The translations under genes were made by a program, and so were the position numbers. Source: the human T2T-CHM13v2.0 reference genome, Homo sapiens. From it: a stretch of DNA of 64,000 nucleotides. The notes under the pieces were generated by a model. It searched no databases and was not told the origin of the DNA. It saw only the letters and a list, made by a program, of their open reading frames with translations. The DNA lies in assembly GCF_009914755.1 (NCBI RefSeq), contig NC_060927.1. One strand, 5' to 3'. Positions 1 to 10,823 of this stretch are shown piece by piece. Position 1 is the first letter of the stretch, and each line of letters opens with the position of its first letter.

Positions 1-630
1 TCATTTTAATTTTCTAAAATTTTATATAAATAGAATAATGTATAATCTTTCTTTGTCAGTGACCTTTACACCAGCACAATCATCCCTATTGTACTATGTA
101 TCAATAGTCCATTCCTTTGATTTGTTTCTTTGTTTGGTTGGATATAGTACAATTTGTTAACCCAGTAAACTTTTACAGACATTTGTTTTGTTTCAGTTTA
201 GGGGTGTTTACAAACAAAACTGCTATGCATGCATCTTTGTATGTCTATAAGCTTTCATTTCTTTTAGGTAAATATTTAGAAGTGGAAGAGCAGTATCAAA
301 TGATAGGCATATGTTTAACTTTTTAAAAAACTTTCAAACTGTTTTCCAAAATGTATCATTTACAGTCTTGAAGCAGAGCATGAGAATGTCAGCTCCGTTC
401 TATCCTTTTCAATATTTTGTAAGTTCAGTTTAATTTTAAACATTCTAACAACTATATAGGGGTAATTTGTTGTGGTTTTAGTTTGCATCTCCCTAAAGGC
501 TAATGTCAAGCATATTTCATGTGCTTATTTGTCCTCCTGCCCATTTTTGATTGCATTGCTTAATAAGGATTGAGTTTGGAGAGTCCTGTATCTATTATGG
601 GTAACGTCCTTCACCAGGTGTATGTTCTCT
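1..630 (-). mobile_element. Old L1M (ME/MC-type) ORF2 3' fragment
   Basis: Antisense L1 3' motifs (ttgtggttttagtttgcatctccc, catatttcatgtgctta); heavily decayed; boundaries approximate. Confidence 0.75.
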
Positions 631-769
631 GAAAATGGTGGTTGTAAGCATTGACCTGCTAGGTGGCTAATTAAGGGATTGGCTTGGGAGCTTGCCTCTG
701 TTTTGCCCACCTCAGTGCTTTCTCATGGATGGGGTGGGCTCCCAGGTGGCAGTAGTGAAAATATTTAAA

Positions 770-1232
770 GAAAAATATCCCGTACTAGTTGTAGCCACCT
801 GAGGCAAGCAACAAGCAAACCAAATATCTGCAAGCAAAACTCTGGGAAAGGAGATTCATAAGAGAACAAAGGCTTTGAGAAACTGCACCTATACCAGGAA
901 ATCTAGAAGGCAACGTGAATGCCATGGGCTGGACACACGCTCAGAGAGATCTGAGAACACCCTAAGCTTTCATTTTGGGCTGACCTTTCAGTTCTGTGCA
1001 AGCAGGAGGCAAAGGCTAAAGAAGAGTTCAAGTGGCCTGAATAAGCATTGAAAGGGTGCCCCAATACAGAGCCAGTCTGCAAAAGGTGTGTGCAGACATT
1101 TAAAGAAATCTCCGCCAAATCACTAGCTGACCACTAGGCTCAAAGAACAAAGATGTCAGTGGCCACGGAGAGACCAAACAAAAGATACAGTCTTTACAAA
1201 ACTGATTTAGAAAAGTCACTAAAGAAATAAAC
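770..1232 (+). mobile_element. L1M 5'UTR-type fragment
   Basis: Same repeat family as 57300-57700 (gcaagcagga..., cagtggccac... motifs), which there leads into L1 ORF1-like sequence. Confidence 0.55.
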
Positions 1233-1714
1233 ACCTTTCTCTCATAGCTCCTTAAGTAGCTTAATAATCAGCCTTCTGAATTCTTTATCTGGCAATTCAG
1301 AGATTTATTCTTGGCTTGGATCCATTGCTTGGGAGCTAGTGTGATGTTTTGAGGATGTTACGGAACCCTCATTTATCATATTACCAGAATTACTTTTCTG
1401 GTTCCTTCTCATTTGAGTAGAATATTTGTTCATTTTGTTCTTTATTTTTGATTCAACTGGATTTTTTGTCTTTTAATTTGTTTTTTCCCCCCTTGAAGAT
1501 GTAACTTTAATGTTTCTGTGGAGAAATCAGCTGTGAATATGACTGGTTTTCTTTTATAGGTTACTTGATGCTTTTGTCTCACAGATCTTAAGATTGTTTT
1601 CTTTGTCTTGACTGTAGATAACCTGATGAATATGTGCCTAGGTGATGATATTTTTGCAATGACTTTCCCAGGAGTTCTTTGAGCTTCTTGTATTTAAATG
1701 TCTAGATCTCTAGA
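1233..1714 (-). mobile_element. L1 (PB/MA-type) ORF1-region fragment
   Basis: Antisense L1 motifs (tccattgcttgggagctagtgtga, gagaaatcagctgtgaat, ttcccaggagttctttgagc). Confidence 0.7.
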
Positions 1715-2139
1715 TGAGAGAATTTGAAAACATAATTTGAAGACATACTATCGAAATGAAACACAGAATGCCAAATGACTTAAAAACTGAACAGGTGATT
1801 AGTGAACAGTTGGAAAAACTTCAAGCAGTAAAGTATAAGTGTAATTCAAGTCTCCAAAGGGCAGTGGGTCAGAAAATATTTAAAGAAAAAAATATTTAAA
1901 AACTAATGGCCAAAAGTTTTTAAAATCTGGTAAAATCTGTAAAATCACAGATTCAGTAAGTTTAATAATCCCAAGCTTCTAAATAAACATGAGGAAAATG
2001 ACACCAAGACCTGTGAAAATAAAACTGTTTCAAACTGCTGTTAAGGAAAAAACATTTTAAAAGCAGGAGAGAAAAGCAAATGGCTTACCAAGAAGTCAAA
2101 AATTGTTTTCTGTAAAATGTCAGATAATATATTAGGCCT

Positions 2140-2375
2140 TGTGGCCGAGGTGGGCGGATCACTTGAGTCTAGGAGTTTGAGACCAACCTGGGTGACATGG
2201 CAAATCCCTGTCTCTACAAAAAATACAAAAATTAGCTGGGTATGGTGGTGCACACCTGTAGTTCCAGCTACTGGGGAGGCTGAAGTGGGAGGATCACTTG
2301 AGTCTGGGAGGTAGAGGTTGCAATGAACCAAGATCATGCCAGCTTACTTGACAGAGTGAGACCCTGTCTCAAAAT
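2140..2375 (+). mobile_element. AluJ, 5' truncated, followed by AT-rich/(TA)n tail
   Basis: ggcggatcacttgag...gagtgagaccctgtctcaaaa. Confidence 0.9.
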
Positions 2376-2489
2376 ATATATACATACATATACAGAAGCA
2401 TATAATATAAAAATAAAATATAAATATTAACTTATATTTTATAATTTTATAAAATATATTATTTTGATTATATATATATATATATATTT

Positions 2490-2645
2490 ATGGCCCTTGG
2501 GAGGGGTCATACAGTCTGTCACATTTACTCAACCCTGCCATTGTAGTATGAGAGCAACCATAGATAATATGTACATGAATGGGTGTGGCTGTGTTCCAAT
2601 AAAACTTTATTTAAAAACCACAGAATATAGTTTGTTGACATCTGA
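2490..2645. mobile_element. MER58-like hAT-Charlie fragment
   Basis: tactcaaccctgccattgtag...gtggctgtgttccaataaaactttattt. Confidence 0.75.
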
Positions 2646-3020
2646 TACAGAGGAACAAAAATATGAGGACAAACATACAAGACAGTATATTTCTTAACAG
2701 ACACAATGAAAAATAGAAGATAGTGGAGCAACAACTTCAAAGTAGTACTTTGAAGTACTACTTTGTACTTCACTTCAGTGAAAGAAACTCTTAACCTAGA
2801 ATTTTTTACCAGATAAAAATATCTTTTATAAAAGGAGGAATAAAACTATTTCAGACATATAGAAGCTGAGTGAATTTATGATCAGTATAGTCACACTGTA
2901 AGAAGTGTTAAAAGAAGTTCTTTAGGCAGAAGGAAAATGATACCAGATGAAAACCTGGATGTACACTTTTTCTTTCACTATGTTTTTTCTGTTGATTTTT
3001 CCTACTCTTCATTTTTTTCT

Positions 3021-3316
3021 TTTTTTTTTTTTTTTGAGACAGAGTCTTGCTCTGTCGCCCAGGCTGGAGTGCAGTGGCCCAATCTTGGCTCACTGAAAGC
3101 TCCGCTTCCCAGGTTCATGCCATGCTCCTGCCTCAGCCTCCTGAGTAGCTGGGACTACAGGCGCCCACCACCACACCCAGCTAATTTTTTGTATTTTTAG
3201 TAAGGACAGGGTTTCACCATGTTAGCCAAGATGGTCTCGATCTCCTGACCTCGTGATCCGCCTGCCTCAACCTCCCAAAGTGCTGGGATTACAGGCATGA
3301 GCCACCGTGCCCGGCC
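3021..3316 (-). mobile_element. AluY-like, full length
   Basis: Dimeric Alu with poly(T); tgacctcgtgatcc; TSD tcttcatttttttct at 3006-3020 and 3317-3331. Confidence 0.95.
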
Positions 3317-3621
3317 TCTTCATTTTTTTCTATTAGTTGAGATATAATAAATAATTTTCAGTTTATTTCTTTTATATAAACATTTACAACTAGACATTTC
3401 CTTCACACAGTCTCTTTCTCTGCAGTCTATAAGCTTTCCTATGGAGTGTTTTTATTGTGTATTTTATTATTATTGTTATAAGTAATTTAAAGTTTTCATT
3501 AAGTTTTTGACCAATGTGTTACTTAGCAGTATCTTTTATAAATTTCTAAATGCATTGTAATTTTAAAAAGTTTTGTTTATTTATTCTAACAATTATGTTG
3601 TGTTCAGAGATAGCATTCTAT

Positions 3622-3830
3622 ATCAAGAGTCAGCAAATTGTGGTTTCTGAGCCAAATACTGCCTGCCAGGTATTTTTCTAATAAACTTTGATTGGAACAC
3701 ATCTAAGCTCATTTATTTAAATATTTTCTATTAATTTTTTTGTGTTACAACGGCAAAAGCAAGTAGTTATATTATAGAATGTATGCTGTGCAAAGCCTAT
3801 TTAGGCCTTTTACATTGAAAAAACTTGCTA
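3622..3830. mobile_element. MER58-like DNA transposon
   Basis: gagtcagcaaatt...gccaaatactgcctgcc...attggaacac. Confidence 0.7.
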
Positions 3831-5527
3831 AGAGCTATCCCACAGGAAAGCTGTTTTTAAGCAATTTGTTGACACCAATTTACACCATAATATAGGATAA
3901 ACTTGTAACGGTTTTCTGCATGTGCTTGAGAATAACACATACTGTCTAAACTTCATATATAATACCTTGTTCAAATCTTCAATAGAAGTGCAATTTTATA
4001 AAAATCTGCTTGGGATATGTCTCTTTGATCCCTAGTCTGTTGAGGATTTTTAGATTTTTATCATGAAGGGATGTTGGATTTTTATCAAGGCTTTTTCTCC
4101 ATCTGTTGAGATGATGATGTGATTTTTGCCTTTAATTCTGTTTATATGTTGAATCACATTTATTGATTTGTTCATACTGAGCCAGCCTTGCATCCTCAAA
4201 ATAAAGCCTACTTGATCATGGTGTGTTAACTTTTTGATGTGCTGCTGGATTTGGTTTGCCAGATTGAGGATTTTTGCATTTATGTTCATCAGGGATATTG
4301 GCCTGAAGTTTACTTTTTGGTTTTTTTCCTCAAAATAATAAGGGGCATCTATGACAAACCTATAGCCAACATCATACTGAATGGGCAAAAGCTAGAACCA
4401 TTCCCCTTGGGAACTGAAACAAGATAAGGATGCCCACTCTCACCACTCTTATGCAACATAGTACTGGAAATTCTAGCCAGAGCAATCAGGCAACAGAAAG
4501 ACACAAAAGGTATCCAAATAGGAAAATAAAAAATCAAACGATATGTTTCTTCACTGACAATATAACTCTATAACCAGGAAAGCCTAAAGACTCTGCCAAA
4601 AGACTACCATAACAAATAAATGATTTTAGTAAAGTTTCAGGATACAAAAGCAATGAACAAAAATTAGTAGCATTCCTATAATTCAATAACATCTAAGCCT
4701 AGAGTGAAATCAAGAACACAATCCCATTTACAATAGCCACAAAGAAAATGAAATACCTAGGAATACAGCTAACCTAGGAGGTTAAAGAGCTCCACAAGGA
4801 GAAAACATTACTGAAAGAAACACTACTGAAAGAAATCAGAGATGATGCAAATAATGAAAAACAGTCTATGCTCATGGACTAAAACAGTCAGCATCATTAA
4901 AATGGCCAATTGCCCAAAGCAATCTGCAGATTGAATGCTATTCCTATAAAACTACCAATGTTATTCTTCACAGAATTAAAAAAAAAACACTATTCTAAAA
5001 TTCATATGAAACCAAAAAAGAACCTGAATAGTCAAAGCAATTCTAAGCAAGAAGAACAAAGCATTACCCGACTTCAAACTATATTTTAAGTTATGGTAAC
5101 CAAAATAGCATGGTAATGGTACAAAAACAGACACATGAACCAATGAAATAGAATAGAAAACTCAGAAATGAAGCCTTCTACTTACAATCCTCTGATCTTC
5201 GACAAGGCCAACAAAAGCAATGAGGAAAGGACTCCCCATTTAGTAAATCATGCTGGGATAATTGGCTAGTCATATGTAGAAGAATAAAACTGGACCCTTA
5301 CATTTCACCATATACAAAAATTAACTGATGATGGATTAAAGATGTAAATGTAAGACTTCGAACTGTAAATGTCCTATAAGGAAACCTAGGACATACCCTC
5401 CCGATATCAGCCTTGGCAAATAATTTTTGGCTTAGTAGCCAAAAGCAATTGCAGCAAAAACAAAAATTGACAAGTATTGCCTAATGAAGTTAAAGAACGT
5501 CTGCAGAGCAAAATAAACTATCAACAG

Positions 5528-5927
5528 TGTCAGGCCTCTGAGCCCAAGCTAAGCTATCATATCCCCTGTGACCTGCATGTATATGTCGAGATGGCCCGAA
5601 GCAAGTGAAGAATCACAAAAGAAGTGAAAATGGCCGGTTTCTGCTTTAACTGAAGCCATTACCTTGTGAAATTCCTTCTCCTGGCTCATCCTGGCTCAAA
5701 AGCTCCCCCACTGAGCACCTTGTGACCCCCACCCCTGCCAGCCAGAGAACAACCCCCTTTGACTGTAATTTTCCATTACCTACCCAAATCCTATAAAACA
5801 GCCCCACCCCTCTCTCCCTTCACTGACTCTCTTTTCAGACTCAGCCCACCTGCACCCAGGTAATTGAAAAGCTTTATTGCTCACACAAAGCCTGTTTGGT
5901 GGTCTCTTCACACGGATGCGCGTGAAA
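5528..5927 (+). mobile_element. Solo LTR7-family (HERV-H) LTR
   Basis: Starts tgtcaggcctctgagccc, TATA-like cctataaaa, ends cacggatgcgcgtgaaa; TSD aacag at 5523-5527 and 5928-5932. Confidence 0.95.
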
Positions 5928-6228
5928 AACAGGTTAAACAGACAACCTATATAATGGGAGAAAATATTTACAAACTATATGTCTGAGAAAGGTTTAATAT
6001 CCAGAATCTATAAGGGAACTTAAATCAATAAGCAAAAACAACACCATTATAACGGGCAAAGACAATGAACAAACATTTCTCAAAAGACATATGAGCAGCC
6101 AAAAAAAATATTAAAATTGTTCATCATCACTAATTATTAGAGAAATGCAAATCAAAGCCACAAGGAGAGATCATCTCACATCAGTCAGAATGGCTGTTAT
6201 TAAAAATCCAAAAACAACGGTTATTCTG

Positions 6229-6618
6229 TGTCACGCACGTCCCTGTGAAGAGACCACCGGCAGGCTTTATGTGAGCAACAGGGCTGTTTATTTCACCTGG
6301 GTGCAGGTGGGCTGAGTCCGAAAAGAGAGTCAGGGAAGAGAGATAGGGGTGGGGCCATTTTGCAGGATTTGGGTAGGTAATGGAAAATTACAGTCAAAGG
6401 GGGTTGTTCTCTGGCAGGCGGGGGCAGGGGTCACAAGGTGCTCAGTGGGGGAGCTTCTGAGACAGGAGAAAGAATTTCACAAGGTTATGTCATCAGTTAA
6501 GGCAGGAGCAGGCCATTTTCACTTCTTTTGTGATTCTTCAGTTACTTCAGGCCATCTGGATGTATACATGCATGTCACAGTGGATATGATGACTTAGCTT
6601 GGGCTCAGAGGCCTGACA
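6229..6618 (-). mobile_element. LTR7-family LTR (3' LTR of HERV-H remnant)
   Basis: Reverse complement of complete LTR7; preceded on minus strand by a purine tract (aagaagataggaa) and internal sequence. Confidence 0.95.
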
Positions 6619-7209
6619 TTCCTATCTTCTTATATGAATAAGAAAAATAACATAAAATAGTGTTGAAGTGTTGGGGCAGCGAACATTTTTGGCAGGTGGT
6701 ATGGAGAGATAATGGGTGATGCTTCTCAGGGCTGCTTCAAGCGGGATTAGGGGCGGCGTGGGAACCTAGAGTGGGAGAGATTAAGCTGAAGAAAGATTTT
6801 GGGGTGAGGGGTGATAGTGTGGGGTTGTTAGAAGGAACATTTGTTGTATAGAATGGCCTGGATATGGTTTTGTATGAATTGAGAAACTAAGCAGAAGTTA
6901 CAAGGTCTGAATAAGAGAAGGAAAAAAACAGGTATTAAAGGACTAAGAATTGGGAGGACCCAGGACATCCAATTAGAGAGTGCCCAAGAGGGTTCAGCAT
7001 AATGACTTGCTTGGTTGGTGAGTTTTTGGGCTCTGTCCTTGAGTTTTTTTATGTTGTCATACACCAGGCCAGATTGATTTAGGTAAAAACAACACTCTTC
7101 ATTAAAAAATGTACAGTCTTCCTTTTTTAGCAGTAAGTAAGTCAAGGCCTTGGCAATTTTGGAGGAAAGAGAAACGCAAAGCCAGCAATTGTTTGTTAAA
7201 GAAGTTTAA
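6619..7209 (-). mobile_element. HERV-H internal 3' segment with defective env TM fragment
   Basis: Minus strand gives LQNCQGLDLLTAKK (immunosuppressive-domain-like), then after a frameshift DCTFFNEECCFYLNQSG (CX6CC) and a hydrophobic TM segment (ORF 6828-7145). Confidence 0.92.
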
Positions 7210-7598
7210 TGTCAGGCCTCTGAGCCCAAACTAAGCCATCATATCCACTGTGACCTGCAGCATACATCCAGATGGCCTGAGGCAACTGAAGAATCACAAA
7301 AGAAGTGAAAATGGCCTGTTCCTGCCTCAACCGATGACATTACCTTGTGAAATTTCTTCTCCTGGCTCAGAAGCTACCCCACTGAGCACCTTGTGACCCC
7401 TGCCCCTGCCTGCCAGAGAACAACCCCCTTTGACTGTAATTTTCCATTACCTACCCAAATCTTATAAAACGGCCCCACCCTTGTCTCCCTTCACTGACTC
7501 TCTTTTCGGACTCGGCCCGCCTGCACCCAGGTGAAATGAACAGCCTTGTTGCTCACACAAATCCTGTTGGTGGTCTCTTCACACGGACACGTGTGACA
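7210..7598 (+). mobile_element. LTR7-family LTR, inverted relative to the adjacent internal segment
   Basis: tgtcaggcctctgagccc...cacggacacgtgtgaca, followed by ttctg (7599-7603) matching 6224-6228. Confidence 0.95.
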
Positions 7599-8255
7599 TT
7601 CTGGTGAGACTGTGGAGAAAAGGGAACACTTCCACACTGCTGGTGGGAATGTAAATTAGCCACTGTGGAATGCAGTTTGGAGCTTTCTGAAAGAGCTGAA
7701 AACAGAGCTACCATTCAACCCAGTGACACCATTACTGGGTATGTACCCAAAGGAAAATAGATCATTATACCAAAAAGACACATGCGCTTGTGTGCTCATC
7801 ACCACACGATTCACAATAGCAAAGACATAGAATCAACCTAGGTGCCCAACGTTTGCCTGGATTAAAAAAAAAATGTGGTGCATGTACACCATGGTATACT
7901 ACACAGCTATAACAAATAATGAAATCAGGACCTTTGCAGCAACATGGATGGAGCTGGAGGCCATTATCCTAAGTGAACTAAGACAGGAACAGAAAACCAA
8001 ATACTGCATGCTCTCACTTATAAGTAGGAGCTAAACATTGAGCACGCATGGACATATAAACATGGGAACAAAAGAGACCATAGGCTACTTGAGACGGGAG
8101 GGAGGGAGAAGGAGGTGGATTGAAAAACTAACTATTGGGTACTGTGCTCACTACCTGGATGCAATATACTCATGTAGCAAACCTGCATTTGTACTCCCTA
8201 TATCTAAAATAAAGCTGATTAAAAAAAAAAGAAATCAACAGAGTAGAAAACCTAA

Positions 8256-8669
<414 letters not shown>

Positions 8670-9372
8670 TGAATTTGTTTAATTTTCTTGTAAATCCATC
8701 AATATTTCAAGCTATTTTAATGAGTAATTATTTAAAATTATCATTTATGTTCTGCCAATTAGATTTTTATAAGTATAAAGTGACATTGTCTATCTCTAAT
8801 TTTATTCTTAAGTCTATATTGTCTGCTATTGATACAGCTACACCATCTTCATTGTGTACTATTCTTCTAACACATCTTTTTTCATTCTCTGACTTTCAAC
8901 ATTTTCAGTGCATTTTACGTTAATTTTTTTTAAAGTCCACATAGCTAGTTTTTAACATTCAGTCTCAAATTTCTGACTTTTGATAGTCAGTTGATTTCAC
9001 TTACATATTGCCTGATAATTAATATATTTGTACTTTTTAATCACCTTTTATTTTTACTTACATTTTTGTTCTATTTTTATGTTCTTTTCTTCTTTCTTGC
9101 TTTCCATCCCAAATTTGGAGAGTTGAGTATCTTTTTTTAATAATTTTCCCTTTATTCCACTTTCATTCTGCTTATTTCTTGAATCATCTCAACAGACTTG
9201 TCTATTTGGTTAGCCTTTCCAAAGAATGGCATTTCTATTGTTTTAGTAATTGACTATAAAATTTTAGCATTATTATAATTTAAATATTAACTATACCTGA
9301 ACCTGCATACTCACACAGTAAAATTATTTAGATTTATGGGCTCAAAATATTTCCAGGTATTTTAGTTTTGTC

Positions 9373-9662
9373 CAGAGTTGCTAGAAAAATACAGGCCTAA
9401 CAGTTAAATTTGAAGTTCAGATAAGCAACGTATAATTTTATAATATAATGTAGACCAGGGCAGTATTTGGCACATATTTATACTAAAAATTTATGTTGTT
9501 TTCCAAAGATTGAAATCTAAAAGAGTACCCTATATTTTTATTTTTATTTATTTACTTTTTAAGTGAAAGCAAGTTTACTAGAGTACTAAAGAAACAAAAG
9601 AATATCTACTCCCTAGACAGAGCAGCCTACCCTATACTTTTAATACTAAATTTGGCAAACTT
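9373..9662. mobile_element. MER53-like palindromic hAT MITE, interrupted
   Basis: gttgctagaaaaatacagg...cagttaaatttgaagttcagataagcaac...tttggcaaac. Confidence 0.75.
9541..9627 (-). mobile_element. Retroposed 67-bp ERV1 (MER4-group) LTR R-region with poly(A) tail
   Basis: Minus strand ggctgctctgtctagggagtag...agtaaacttgctttcactt plus A-rich tail; 15-bp TSD taccctataYtttta at 9526-9540 and 9628-9642. Confidence 0.8.
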
Positions 9663-10004
9663 AGTTTTATCTTTAATTTTAATTTTGTATTTAGCACAAT
9701 AATGACTATGGTACATAAATAGTGTTTGGGTTTACATGATTTTTGCTTTTTTGGTAACCATTTTATTGTAGTACATCACTTCTTACAACTTATACTGTTC
9801 CTCTAGGATTACTTTCCTAGTTGGATGTATATAAAAATAGCTTTTATTTGGTCATTTTTCTTGAATAATAGTTTCTCTTGAAGCAAAATTACATATTGAT
9901 ACTTTCATACTGTCAGCTGTTTTTAGATACTGTTCCCCTGGTGTCTTGCTTTCATTAATATTGAAGAAAAGTCTCATGCCATTCTCAATGTCATTCTAGT
10001 GTAG

Positions 10005-10198
10005 GTCAAGTTTTCGCAAATTACCTGTGGTCCAAATCTTGCCTGTGTTGTTTATGTACAGCTCATGAGCTAAGAATATCTTTCACATTTTTAAGGGGTT
10101 GTACCAAATAACAAAGAAGTATACGTGACAGAAACCATATAAAACCTGCTAAGTCTAAAATATGATATATCTTTTTACAGAGTATTTATCAATCCCTA
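10005..10198. mobile_element. MER58B-like fragment
   Basis: gtacagctcatgagctaagaat...ttcacatttttaagggg. Confidence 0.65.
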
Positions 10199-10619
10199 TT
10201 GTAGGTTATCTGTCTTTTGAAAATGGCTGATTACAAGATCTTGTATTTAGTTCAATATTCTGATACTTTTACTGTTATATTTGTTGCAGATAGCTTTTGT
10301 TGCTATTATTAACATACTTTCTTATGTTTTCTTGTCAGTTACTTTTCTAAAGTAGAGAAAGTTAGTACTTACATATTTGCATTTTTTCCAGCCAACATAC
10401 AATGTTTACTTATTAATTTTAGCCGTTCTAACTAGTTTTCTAGGTACACGCTGTCAGCAGAACAGTGAGATATTTTTATATTTTCTTTTCCAATATTTGC
10501 CCCATTACATAATTTGCTTTTCTTCTGCATTTGCTAAAACTACTAATAAAATGTTAAATCATCGTAAGATTATAAAAAGGACTAAAATAATTATAATTAT
10601 CTGAATGCTTTGGATTTTT

Positions 10620-10823
10620 CTGACTTCCCAGCTTCTGACTTCTAAATCTAGCTAGCTCATATAAAAAAGGTCACACCCACCTACGTAATGTTCCTTTTGA
10701 TTAACTCAGAGTCACCTGATTAGGAGACTTACTTGCATCAGTAAAATCCCTTTTGCCATTATTATAGGCATAATGTAGGGAATCGGAGATCATGGGGATC
10801 ATCTTAGAATTCTTCCTACCACA
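10620..10823 (-). mobile_element. MLT1 (MaLR) LTR fragment
   Basis: cacctgattagg...aaaatcccttttgcca...cttagaattcttcctaccaca. Confidence 0.6.

Larger units (their letters stand above)
1715..2965 (+). mobile_element. L1M ORF1 remnant interrupted by Alu and MER58
   Basis: A-rich ORF1-like motifs (aacctagaattttt, ggcagaaggaaaatgataccagatg). Confidence 0.7.
4014..8230 (+). mobile_element. 5'-truncated, 5'-inverted L1 (older PA/PB type): ORF2 RT to 3'UTR and poly(A)
   Basis: Minus 4014-4320 encodes [15 protein letters not shown]...HHDQVGF...KIQHPFM; plus from about 4328 continues [23 protein letters not shown]; 3'UTR and A-tail at 8221-8230; interrupted by HERV-H pieces. Confidence 0.95.

Noticed and set aside
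900-1230. Similarity to 57300-57700 as a local duplication
   Set aside because: Low identity; better explained as two old copies of the same L1M 5' region
2400-2490. AT-only inverted repeat (tatattttataa-tt-ttataaaatata)
   Set aside because: Low-complexity, Alu-tail-derived sequence where this is expected by chance
4800-4836. Tandem duplication of about 16 bp in L1 ORF2
   Set aside because: Ordinary slippage duplication in a dead element
6828-7145. Env ORF as an exapted syncytin-like gene
   Set aside because: Only a frameshifted TM fragment; no signal peptide or SU region
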